A stretch of 64,000 bases of DNA. It comes from Haliotis rubra. Taxonomy: Eukaryota. The notes beneath the pieces were generated by a model that was not told the DNA's origin, did not search any database, and was given only the letters and a program-made list of their open reading frames with translations. Shown in pieces: positions 23,001-34,131 of the stretch (the stretch's first letter is position 1; each line of letters begins with the position of its first letter). The stretch covers positions 2,046,001 to 2,110,000 of the forward strand of contig NW_025767435.1 in the NCBI RefSeq assembly GCF_003918875.1. Reading direction: 5' to 3'. The translations under genes and the position numbers were made by a program.

Positions 23001-24572
23001 AAATTGGCTTCACATATTGTGCCATGTGAGGAATCGAACCCGGGTCTTGGGCGTGACGAGCGAACGCTTTAACCACTAGGCTACCCCACCGCCCCCGATA
23101 ATGAAGTCGACGTCGGATATGAACCTGCATATGCCTTACCATAAAATTCTCGTCTAAAACCTTATGCCGACGTCCTAAAACTATAAGTATGGTAAACTAA
23201 CATACCGTTTAATTGCAAAAACGAGAGTCGATCAAAAAGTACGTAGACTAACTGTATTCTCGATGTCCAATGTTTGAAAAGCTTCCATTTTATTTTGAAG
23301 GAATCTTTAGCAAAGTCATATCCAAAATTTCACAACACATTGGGGTATAATGTTTCTAACAAAACTGCAGAAAATGAAAAACGATCTGTCCTTTGGTACC
23401 TCTTGGATAATGGTATGCCCTCAGAGTATATCATATAAAATATGTTCAGTATAGTATTAGATGACTCCCGTCATAATCAACAGTCAAAGATTTGGATTGC
23501 TTAATTTATATTTAGTCTAGGGCTGTTTTTTTAAGACACCCCCATTTCAATCTACCTGAAACACCGTGTCCAGATATTCAAGCTGGTACTGTTTGCAATA
23601 TATGGTGAGCTGACACTTGTGTGACCATTCAGTGTTTAGGTTGAACCCTTGCCATCACGTATGAATAAGTGAAAACATTAGAATAAGTTATGTCCTTATG
23701 ATTACATCATCTGAAAGGGGATTGGTAGTGTCTCCAAAACAAGCTCTTTCAGTCAACATGAAGGGGGGAGTCACTTTAACAAGCGATTGTAATTTCAAAT
23801 TGCTTTTTGATGAACTTTAATATCTAAGTGTGATTCTAGGGGACTTCTATCAATCTCAAACACACAAAATATTTCTTGCATATTTTGTTTCCTGAAATTT
23901 TTGATGAATATATTGTAGATTTTGCATTTGTTTAGGGTACCAAGATAAAAGGTCAAACAAAATGGGGATTGTGAGACTGGAATATAGCAAAACCAAACTG
24001 CTTGAGCTTGACAGATAATATGTCACAAAATAAAACATTAAAATAGCTGCATTTGTATCGTTTTCTTGGTGAAAATACTTTTTGATCGCCCCTCGTACTT
24101 TATATGACGGGCACGTGCAGCAGGCACAAGTCTTACATTATCTTGTGCACGTTTCTCAGAAAACTTTGATTAAAAACAATAAAATGTGTCACATTTGTTT
24201 TTATACATATATATACAAATATTATGATAATATTACATTTCTTAAGCTTCATGTAACAATGCACAAATGAAAGTGATATCGACAAATTCATCTACAAGAT
24301 TAATTTGAGAACACTTTTGAGTTCTGAGTTCCACACATGTGAAACATTTTTGAAGAATATCTTTATCTGTGAAGCTAGTGAATTTAGAAATGTATTCACA
24401 TATTTGTTTGCGTGTTTACAAAGGACAAATGAAAATCTCCCACTTACAAGTCTGAGAGACGGCTCATATCTCCAGTCCTGGTGAGTGGTTGGAAATTCCC
24501 GTGACCATAATGTGTAGCAAAGTCGTACAAGGACAGAATCAGGGATCCAAACAAGCTGACAAGGGGAGACAT
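20029..24572 (-). CDS. STELLO-like / DUF288 (GT75-related) putative glycosyltransferase
   Basis: Exons 22897-22751 (DKWIVTT...GWKVVVVGDRKSPSQW), 22360-20876 (YARKNIGYLYAIAHGAKVIYETDD, NPYNHFGQPTVWPRGYPL, DIWRGYWAQRLLW) and 20467-20029 (HPV). All junctions are phase-2 compatible. A tentative first coding exon 24572-24448 (MSPLVSLFGSLILSLY..., phase 2) is less certain. Confidence 0.85.
20527..20699 (-). mobile_element. SINE family A with TSD ATATTGTTTGA
   Basis: Full-length copy in the last intron of the STELLO-like gene, with a direct repeat on both flanks. Confidence 0.9.
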
Positions 24573-26280
24573 TGTCTGCGACCATCACTCCAACTTCATC
24601 CACAGTCTAATGCCTTGTAGGATTATGGTGGCTAGAGTGGCACGCCTTGGCGTTAATCCTTGCTGTCGCTGTGGTAAAACGTTGACACTGTTGGCCGCTG
24701 TTGTGGACCCGGAAATGTTAAAATACTCATTGGACAACCTGCTGGTACGGGGCGGCGATGTTAGTGTTTGTTGTTGTAAATATGAGAGATAAAAAAATAA
24801 TGTGCGTTTCACAGGACTTTTTTTGTCTTTGAAATAATAATGAAAACATTCAAAACTCGGCCTGGTGTGTGATCAAGTCCCTGTATACCTCTCCCCGGGA
24901 AGCAAGAGATGTGGCTTATCGCCATCGTGGACAGATGGCGATGTTAGATACAATGTCAATCTATGACTGTGGCGTAACTCTAAAAACTACCACGAACAGG
25001 GGGGAAAGATAAAACATTCAGTGCAGAATGGCTATAATATTATCTGTATATGAAATAGTTATAAAATAGCAAAAGGTCAACATACTTTCCAATATTTAAT
25101 GTGGCTAGCTACAGGTAAGCACGATCCATTGTAGTTATGTTACATGGAGGGGGTCCGATTAAAACTCCCTGTTAAATGGCAATGAAACTCTAAAACCCTA
25201 AAAGTTTGCCATATAGACTCTGAAACAAGTATATCAAAGAAAGCCCATGCCTGTCTAGAATGTCATGGCTGTGCAGATTTGTTTAGTCTCTGAAACTGAA
25301 GTCTCTGGGCTCTTCTTCATAAAATTGTCAGATCATAATTTCGGCACTGTTTTTTTCTGTTTTGAAAATATGTTCATTGGGGAGACTAGATGTTAGTCTA
25401 TACCTACCCCTGTGTCGTGTTGCTACACTGTAACGAACACAGCGTTAACTTGGTCGTCGACGACAGGCGTTAGAACACTACATTATTACAATGTAAGGAG
25501 TTATAAATCCGACCTTGTAAAAATGATAATGAAATGCCAGTTTTTACAAACGAGCGTTATTTGGAACGTATTTTCTGGCTAGGCTTAAAGCAAAACACAC
25601 TTTAGTGAATATGTTTTATTTTGTAACATGGTAAACGTGTAATAGCTGGAGTTCTGAAGCAGTGTTCAAGGCTGTCTTGGCAGCTTGTTACCTGTCAGGT
25701 AACCTACGGTTGTCTTCCTCATTATACTTCATCGAGGGATCATTTTGTGGTTGTGTCGAACCTCCCATAACTCGAAATATTTACCTAGGTCACTTCAACT
25801 TCGACACAACGGTGTTTGTGTGTTACACAATGTGCTGCGGTCAGGATATTCCCCTTTTCCTTACTTATACCGAATAGGGCGACTGGATGGCGCAGTGGTT
25901 AGCTTTCGATGGTCACATCGAAGACGCAAGTTCGATTCCCACATGGATTCTGGTGTGGCCCGCCGTGATATTGCTTGAATCTGCGCATGCGTAAAGCCTA
26001 ACTCACTCCAATACGGCCTTGCATTAGAACTGTTCTAAAACAGCTAATTGTCTCGGGTTATAAAGAAAAGATTTCAAGGCCAGGTAATATGGTGGGACAC
26101 ACTGTCACAATAAGAATAACCAGTTTCTCATCCTTTCCACCCGAGAAGAACGTGGTATGTAGCGACCAATGGAACGGTACCATCCCTTATATATTATATA
26201 TATAACACATGTTTATACATTCCCGCGCAAGTGAAGTGACGGTAACACTTGAATACAGTCCGTCGAGTTCTGCTTTACCA

Positions 26281-27812
26281 TCACAAGGTAGTCTGTCGTA
26301 AGGCCACAGTATCAAACACCATAGTCTCGATTTCACTTTGGAGGGGGACCCGCAGCTCGGGTTCTGATTGGCTGAAATCTGTGCTCGACGTTGGATATCC
26401 TTGTGAAGGGCCAACGTCACCACGTCTTCCGTTCCGTCGTCCGTCTGTAACATTGCGTGAATGTTATTATATCAAACAATATACTTATTATATTAAATTG
26501 TTTTAAATTGTGAACTATTACAAACGGAATATTACGAAGGTATATGCTAGGTCATATCAGGGTAAAATTTATACAACCCCACAACAGCTAATTTCATAAT
26601 GATTCATGGTAATATATGGACAATAACAACATCTTCTGTATGGCTGTTTTGGCGAACAACTTGAACATGGGCTAGAAGGTATGTGTAATTTATACTATAT
26701 GATTGTTGACACTATTGCTGGGTTCAATTCAAAACATTAAATTTCCTCTGTGTTAAAATCTTTTGTTAATAATGCAAACGTCAACCACAAACAGACGAAC
26801 GAACAGCACATTAGCTCATTTGAAGCTTTAAGAAAGTTTGAAAAACATGCATTACACATGAAAATAGCGACTGCCACAGCCACTACGGCAACTAGGAAGA
26901 CTGTAGCAAAGACGACGGCGCCTGGGTTGATTTGGAAAACGTCATCGTCAACATCTGAAGAAAGAGTTAACCTAAATGAACGAACATGTAAAGACAAAAA
27001 CGATGCAGTTTGATGATAATAACAGATAACGTTGCTTCCTTTTTTGTTTCATTATAGAAACTCATTGGAGACAGTGACATGAAAAATAAGAGTTTCAGTT
27101 CCTTTAAAACCAGGCTTACATGGCGTACACGACATTTGCGCTTGTGAAGCATGTCAAGGTGGCGTTAAAGACAGTCACCCAGCCAAAATAAAGTGAGTGA
27201 GTGAGTATAGTTTTACGCCGCGTTTAGCATTATTCCAGCAATATCACGGCGGGGGACACCAGAAATAGGCTCCACACATTGTACCATCGTGGGCCAAAAT
27301 AGAAAGGCGGGTAGAAAATAACACATGGCCTATAGGCCTCAGGAACATTTTCACAGTTTCACTTCTGAACTGAACGTATTTTCGATTACGAACAATATAT
27401 TCCAGTAATAAGGAGTATACTGCCCAGTGCTTTTCATAACCGTGGACATCCACTGTGTTGGCCAATCGAAGTAAAACCCTTAACCTTTCTTTCAAGCAAC
27501 GCCCCAATTAACAATAATACGCCTGGCTCGCTGACTTAGCTGACATGTGTCATCGTATCGGAACTGCGTTAATAGATGCTCATGATGTCAGTCACGGGAT
27601 AGTCAGCTTCAGACTCGACCATTCACCGTCTAAACATACATGGGGCGGTGGGGTAGCCTGATGGTTAAAGCGTTCGCTCATCACGCCGAAGGCCCGGGTT
27701 CGATTCCCCACATGGGTACAATGTGTGAAGCTCATTTCTGGTGTCCCCCGCCGTGATATTGCTGGAATATTGCTAAAAGCGGCGTAAAACCAAACTCACT
27801 CACTCACTCTAA

Positions 27813-27853
<41 letters not shown>

Positions 27854-30599
27854 TACATACAACACAATATAATACAATGAGCCATTATACTTGTTGGACA
27901 CAAGTCCTCCGACTCGTCTTCACCATGGTAGCAGTCCCGCTCGCCATTACACACAACGTTGTTCCACATCATCACGGGGTTGCTATGGTGATATGTGATG
28001 TCATTGGGTATACATGATATTGTACCCAATTTCTTTCCTCTTATACGGTAGCAGATATCTGAAGATATAAAAATGTCATTACAGTGAAATACTGGGATCG
28101 ATCGATGTATGGATACGAAGTATACTTTTAGATTAATAGACCTTTAAATGGAAGATACTATGTTCAATGAATTCTAAATTGGAACTGGTCTCCATCAGAG
28201 CCATACTGGTTGTAAGCCGCTTGTGACTTGCGCTGAGTGTGTATGTCATCGTGGACTAGTGCTCGTAATATTGATCACTGGTTTGTCTGGCTCGGATTGG
28301 GTTATTTACAGGGCGACGTTGTACAACTGGAATAGTGCGGGAGTGGATTTACACAACACACAAGCAAGTAAACAACCACATTTACCCTTCCTCTCGTCGG
28401 TGCCGTCGGGGCAGTGTCGGACGCCGTCGCAGAGATACCACAGGGTCTTGCCGTAGTCCAGACTGTACCGGGGGATTTGTGGTCTGATGCACACCCCATC
28501 TGAACACAGGAAGCATGGCGAGTCTCGAGGGGGTACTGTAAACGAGAGCATGGGGTATTTAGAGTTTTAGAGTGAGTGAGTGAGTTAGTGTGCATTTACG
28601 CCGCTTTTAACAACATTCCAGCAACATCACGGCGGTAGACACCAGAAATGGGCTTCCCACATTGTACCCATGTGGCGAATCGAACCCGGGTCATCGGCGT
28701 GACGAGCGAACGCTTTAACCACCAGGCTACCACCGCCCCGAATATTTAGACCACAGGTTAAAAACGAAACAGCTTCTCCAACCAATTCTGTGGGAGTGGT
28801 CTAGTGTTTATAGCGTTCGCTCCCTAAAATAAGCCTAAAATAATGAAAGGCTGCAGCATACTTTAATGGCAAAACTGGTCTCCAGCGCTGTCTCTTGCGC
28901 TATTAATAATAATACGTTTTGGGGTTTTTCCTATCTTAAACGTACAGATTTATGCCGCTTGCGTTAACCTACACTTTCGATTCAGATATCGCCACGCATC
29001 AAATATTACAATGGACATATCCGCCATACAGCTGGAATACTGCTGAGTGCGGTGTCAAACAACCAAACAACCTACAATGAACATACAAAAATGATAAAAT
29101 GCTGCAGCATACTTTTGTGGCAAAACTCGTCTCTAGCGTTGTCACAATCACGTTTGCCGTCACAGATGGCGTGTCTGTTGACACACTGCAAGGGAGAGCA
29201 CTCGAACATACTGCTGTTACAAGGAACTGAAATAAACACAGTCATGTTGGAAGGCTTTACAATTTCTTTTCTTTGATGGAGGAGACCAAAACCAAAACAT
29301 ATTCGGGGACCTCGATAAGAAATTCAGCACATAAAAGTTTCCTTTATCAAGTATTTTCTGAAACACATTATTTTCTTTACAAACATCTCATTTGTCTCAG
29401 GGAAGTTAAAACAAGGCCTGGAGTTCAGATCAATCTGTTAGGAAAAGAGTCTCTTGTCAACCAGTTCAACGTTTCTGGGAAACCTTCTGGGATTCTTACC
29501 ATTCTGCATTTCTCAGCCCTGACACACTCCAAAAGGCAAACAAACCTTTCTTACCTCTGACACTCGAGAAAACATTGATATGGAAGACTTCTGGTAGAGA
29601 TGACATTTTGAAAACAATCCACAGATAATTCTGACGAGACACAATTTCTTCCTGGAAAGATCCATTAGCAAACCGATATGACGTCATTGACGCCTCGTTG
29701 ATTCTTTTCCCGTCGTTGCCAATGTGAACGTAGTCATGGTAACGGTTTGTCGTCTTGGTATCATGTGGCACGTAACGAATACTCAAAGAAATCTGCGTAC
29801 CAGGGTCAGAGTTCAATTCTAGGACACAGAACGTGCTTTTCAATGACGTCACTTCCTGCACATCAATCCGCTTAGTCTCACTTCCTATGTAGTAATTTGC
29901 CCGCAGACATGGCGTGATTCCTGCAACTGGATAAAGCAAACAATCCTTGAAGGTGATACTATCATGCTGCTGCCAATGGAATTAAGTGAGTGAGTTAGTG
30001 AGTTATGAGGGAGCGGCGTAAAATTTAACTCACTCACTCATAACGTAGTCACTGTTTCACCCGTCGAGATAATTCCGTCGCATATATGAAGATTTTAGCA
30101 TGAGTGCAGCAATCAAATGAAAAATCCATGAAAATTGGTCTTGTGTTTTACTCCAGATGATAGGATTTGTGAAGGAATTTGGAGACGTTTGGAAACCACT
30201 AGCCTGTTGATAATTGTTGGATGTAACACAAACTTCAATTACTAAGTTACTGACTCAGACATGCACATGAAGCATGCAAAGTCTATACTTACCATTGTCG
30301 TAAGAGGCGACTAACGGGATCGGGTGGTCAGGCTCGCTGCGCGCCGACTTGGTTGACACATGACATCGAATCCCAATTGCGTAGATCGATGCTCATGCTG
30401 TTGATCACTGGATTGTGAGGTTCAGACTCGATGCACAGACCGTCGCCATATAGCTGGAATATTGCTGAGTGCGGCGTAAAACTAAACTCACTCACTCACT
30501 ATACTTACCAGTGTTATCAGTGAGATTCCGGCTCTCGTTTGTAGTTATTAATACAATCACGCAGATGAGGTCTATAACGAAAGACACAAGTGAGTGCAT
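26281..30599 (-). CDS. Type I membrane protein: signal peptide, CUB-like domain, three LDL-receptor class A repeats, transmembrane segment and short cytoplasmic tail
   Basis: Exons 30599-30509 (MHSLVSFVIDLICVIVLITT), ~29926-29555 (CUB-like, IVSRQNYLWIVFKMS), 29226-29113 (CNSSMFECSPLQCVNRHAICDGKRDCDNARDEFC), 28535-28386 (CDGVRHCPDGTDE), 28058-27891 (CNGERDCYHGEDE), 26954-26856 (TM: AVVFATVFLVAVVAVAVAIF) and 26444-26281 (GRRNGRRG...TTL*). All introns are phase 1. Confidence 0.8.
27642..27850 (+). mobile_element. SINE family A with TSD CTAAACATACA, followed by a (CA)n microsatellite
   Basis: Full-length copy, with (CA)n at about 27817-27849. Confidence 0.9.
30295..30498 (+). mobile_element. SINE-like family B, 5'-truncated, with TSD CTATACTTACCA
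   Basis: Body GTCGTAAGAGGCGACTAACGGGATC...TAGATCGATGCTCATGCTGTTGATCACTGG...GCTGGAATATTGCTGAGTGCGGCGTAAAAC. Other copies lie at about 3812-4025(-), 31830-32013(-), 41760-41896(+), 43283-43527(+), 46078-46302(-), 58830-59163(-), 61454-61692(+) and 62860-63074(-). Confidence 0.88.
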
Positions 30600-31143
30600 T
30601 TAGCGCACTTTCAACAGTACATTGGGAATGTCACGAAATCGTAGCGAATTGACACGGTTATATGCCATTGAAACGTATACTAACAAAATCGTAATGAAGA
30701 CGAAACAGCAAATGTCAGGCCCTGCAGAAGACACGGCCCTACACAACTCTAAAATCCACTGGACCACTAAATGCCACTTTCTTAGTGGTACTGCCAGTCT
30801 GTATTTTATACCCAACAGTTCAGAAATAACTGTTTTTTTAGGTATTGTATAAAGTGTGTTTAGTTTTACACCGCTTTTAGCAATATTCCAGCAATATTAC
30901 GGCGGGGGGACACCAGAATATGGGCTTCACACATTGTACCCATGTGGGGAATCGAACCAGGGTCTTTGGCGTGAGGAGCGAACGCTTTAACCACTAGGCT
31001 ACCCCACCGCCCCTAATGTATAAAATACATTGTGCGTAAGATTTGTTTGTTGTTAACCCCGCACTCGTATTGTTTCCAGCCATATGATAAATATTCGAAA
31101 CTGGATTCGATCCTTACGCCAAGCATTCGTTGCTGAGAACCAG

Positions 31144-31250
31144 GGCCTAGATTTTCGAAGCTCTCTTAGCGCTAAGATAGTCGTAAGTTAATGTTATTGT
31201 ATGGCACTTACGACTATCTTAGCGCTAAGAGAGTTTCGAAAATCTAGGCG
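31144..31250. mobile_element. Near-perfect palindromic MITE, CAG-flanked (PIF/Harbinger-like)
   Basis: GGCCTAGATTTTCGAAGCTCTCTTAGCGCTAAGATAGTCGTAAG and its reverse complement, with CAG on both flanks. Confidence 0.75.
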
Positions 31251-32148
31251 CAGTTCTAAACAGGCGTCCCGAAGAAGCGGGGTTATGTAGAAGCAGAATA
31301 ATACTTACGTTTAGCATTTAGTGCCATGCTGATTCTATAGCCCTCGTAACGCCGTCTTGATGTGAGAAGTACACGGGACATCAGTTATCGGATCTGAACT
31401 TTATAGCATCTACAGACATAGTGCAGATAACAGCCACATCTACGAACAATAGTCACTGAAGTACACACAGGTGTGATAAAAGCAGGACGGAACAAGACGA
31501 TCCAATATGAGACTTGTCCAAGGTCAGTTGTTATCTTTCAGTTTGTTACTATAGCAAATACTATAGAACGATTATGATCACAGATTTGAGTGGGGAGCAG
31601 TAGAGTGTAGGACTGTTGGAAAATCACAGTTATGCGCAAGTGAGTTTTCACCAACATTTTGGTTTTAGGACATTGTTTTATCACGACTATTTAAATGAAC
31701 ACCATTGAAAAGGGTTCAGCAGGGTCCCCATTAATTAGTGTCATTTGGGTTGTTGTCACACTGTTTTCTATTTTAGGTCACAGTGTCAAACTTTACCATT
31801 TTACCATGTTCCTTTGGATGTTTTTGTTTGTTTGTTGTGTAACTCAGCACTTAGCGATATTCCAGCTGTATGGCGGCGGTCTGTAAATAATTGAGTCTGG
31901 ACCAGATAATCCAGTGATCAACAGCATGAGCATCGATCTTCTCAAATGGGATACGATGACATGTGTCAACCAACTCAGCGAGGATGCCCATTGGTCGCCT
32001 CTTAGGACAAGCACAGTCGTTATCTCTTGTCTACAGTGTAGTGAGGGATACGTCTTAACTCGCTATCAACACATATCAGTATGAATTTCAGTCACGTGAC
32101 ATTCTAGTATCTTTGGTCATGACTTTTATGTCTGCTGTTATTGTTTGT

Positions 32149-32179
32149 GTAGTAGTAGTAGTAGTAGTAGTAGTAGTAA

Positions 32180-32217
<38 letters not shown>

Positions 32218-32218
32218 A
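32149..32218. repeat. (TAG)n microsatellite; a second tract lies at about 33200-33240
   Basis: Read directly from the sequence. Confidence 0.9.
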
Positions 32219-33199
32219 TGTAACAAGTACAAAATATACAAATAGTAAAATGTTCTGAAAAAGCAATCTATTTTAATGTGTCTTGTCTTATGTTCCTGTT
32301 TGGAATCAGTTCATAACACCTTAAACAATAATACAAATTGTCAGTGAAAAGGTTTACATTTTCACAAGTCTGGTCTGCTGTCATGTCCTTGGTTTTCATT
32401 GGCTGAAGATGTGCAGCATCTTGATTGGATGTTGAATTTAGTTGCATTTGGAAAGTGTGAAGTTTGTTCACTTGCTGTCTTTCTCCCATCCTGGCAAGGT
32501 GGTTGGAAAGTCATGGATGGAGGATTTTGAGTTTGGTGAATTACAGGTTAGTTACACTTGGTTTTATATAAAAAGAATAAAATACAAAAATATGTTAAAT
32601 TGTTGAAAGGTTAATTCAGTATTTATTGTAACTGAATTTATGCATTTGGTGGAGGTATATTTTGACGTATGGTTAGAAATTGTTGGTGTCAATAATTTCA
32701 CTTACAATTGATTCAGATTAATGTTTGAGTTCAAACATACATGTATTGTACGTTTATTTTACTGGTGAGAATTAGCATTTCCATGCTAATTAAAACATAC
32801 ATGTTTTAGGTCCTTCCTTGGTGTTTTCTTGGTGCCTCACAACATGTGGCCAGTTTGAAACAAGTTGTCCCATAGGTGGTAAGACACGTTGATGTTTCAT
32901 TGTTGTTTTGAAGATGCCAAATGTGTTCCATAATTCCTAAGGATCTGAATATGAAACTGAACCATTGATTTTGTGATGTCAATTTTTTGAGTTCATTTTA
33001 TATGTTCAGTGGTAGAGCTGTAATTGTTAATTATCTGAACAATGTGCAATGAAATGAATGTGATAAAATAGGTATTTTGATGGAGTGTTATATATTCATA
33101 TACATTGTTTCAGACTTGTATTATTTATACAAACTACAGTAATAAATCCGGACTACAGCCTCAACGGAGTTGTTGTTGAATCAGAGCCATCCCCGTTAC

Positions 33200-33235
<36 letters not shown>

Positions 33236-33842
33236 TGTAGAAGTAGTGGAGGTGGCATTTGTTGTTTATCGCCGCATTATCCCAGCTACATGACGGCGGT
33301 CTGTGACTGACTGGACCAGACGATCCAGTGATTGGCATTATAAGCATTTGGGACACGATCTGAGGCGTAGCTATCATAAAAAAAGCCCGGTCTTACACAT
33401 GATTGTTGCTAAAAAGGTTGGGCAGGCCCTCAATATACTATCTACATATAAAGTTTTGCAACCTATCGGGCTTACACGAAAAAACTGGCTTGCTAAGCGC
33501 CTGACGGTTTTTACATCTATGCCCTACTCTGACGCAGTATAATCGACTCGAGGCTGATCAGGCTTGTTTTATCCCCTCGGTGCTGACCTTCCACCAGTCG
33601 GATTTGGTCCACTTGGCAAATCCTATTCTGCCCGTGTGATACACAGGCGACCTGCCTGTAAGGTGTAATCATTCGCGGATTTACACCACCTGTAGAACCG
33701 CAAACGATTTTCCCCCAAACCCTTTCTGAAGCACCCTGAATATCTATACATTTTCAGTCTGACAAGCCATAAACCCTCTTCTACTGATGACAGAAATAGC
33801 AAGACAACCAGACATAAATAGCTAGCCCTTAATTTTCATTCT

Positions 33843-34131
33843 TAGGGACCGTTCATAATTTATGGCAAGTGTGTGTGTGTGTGATGATTTTTTATGCAGA
33901 AGCATGTACTTACAATGAGAATGACCCCCTAAAATTTACGTACAAAGTGACCCTTTCATATCATGTACAAAATTAATGACCCCTGCCCCTTCCCATAATT
34001 TGTAAGCATACTTTTTAAATATTATTATGCACAAAATTGTTGACCCCCCTCCCAGAACAAAATAAATGGGCAACCCCTTAAAAATCAACACCCCCACCCA
34101 AAACAAGCCATAAATTATGGACAGTCCCTTA
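33843..34131. mobile_element. MITE with AGGGACCGTTCATAATTTATGG termini; a short relative lies at 59007-59107
   Basis: Left TIR TTAGGGACCGTTCATAATTTATGG and right CCATAAATTATGGACAGTCCCTTAA, with internal TGACCC repeats. Confidence 0.7.

Noticed and set aside
24585-24812. ORF as an extra cytoplasmic exon of the LDLa gene, or read-through of its TGA
   Set aside because: The LDLa gene already closes at 26281. There is no support for recoding, and the region is more simply the 5' UTR of the STELLO-like gene.
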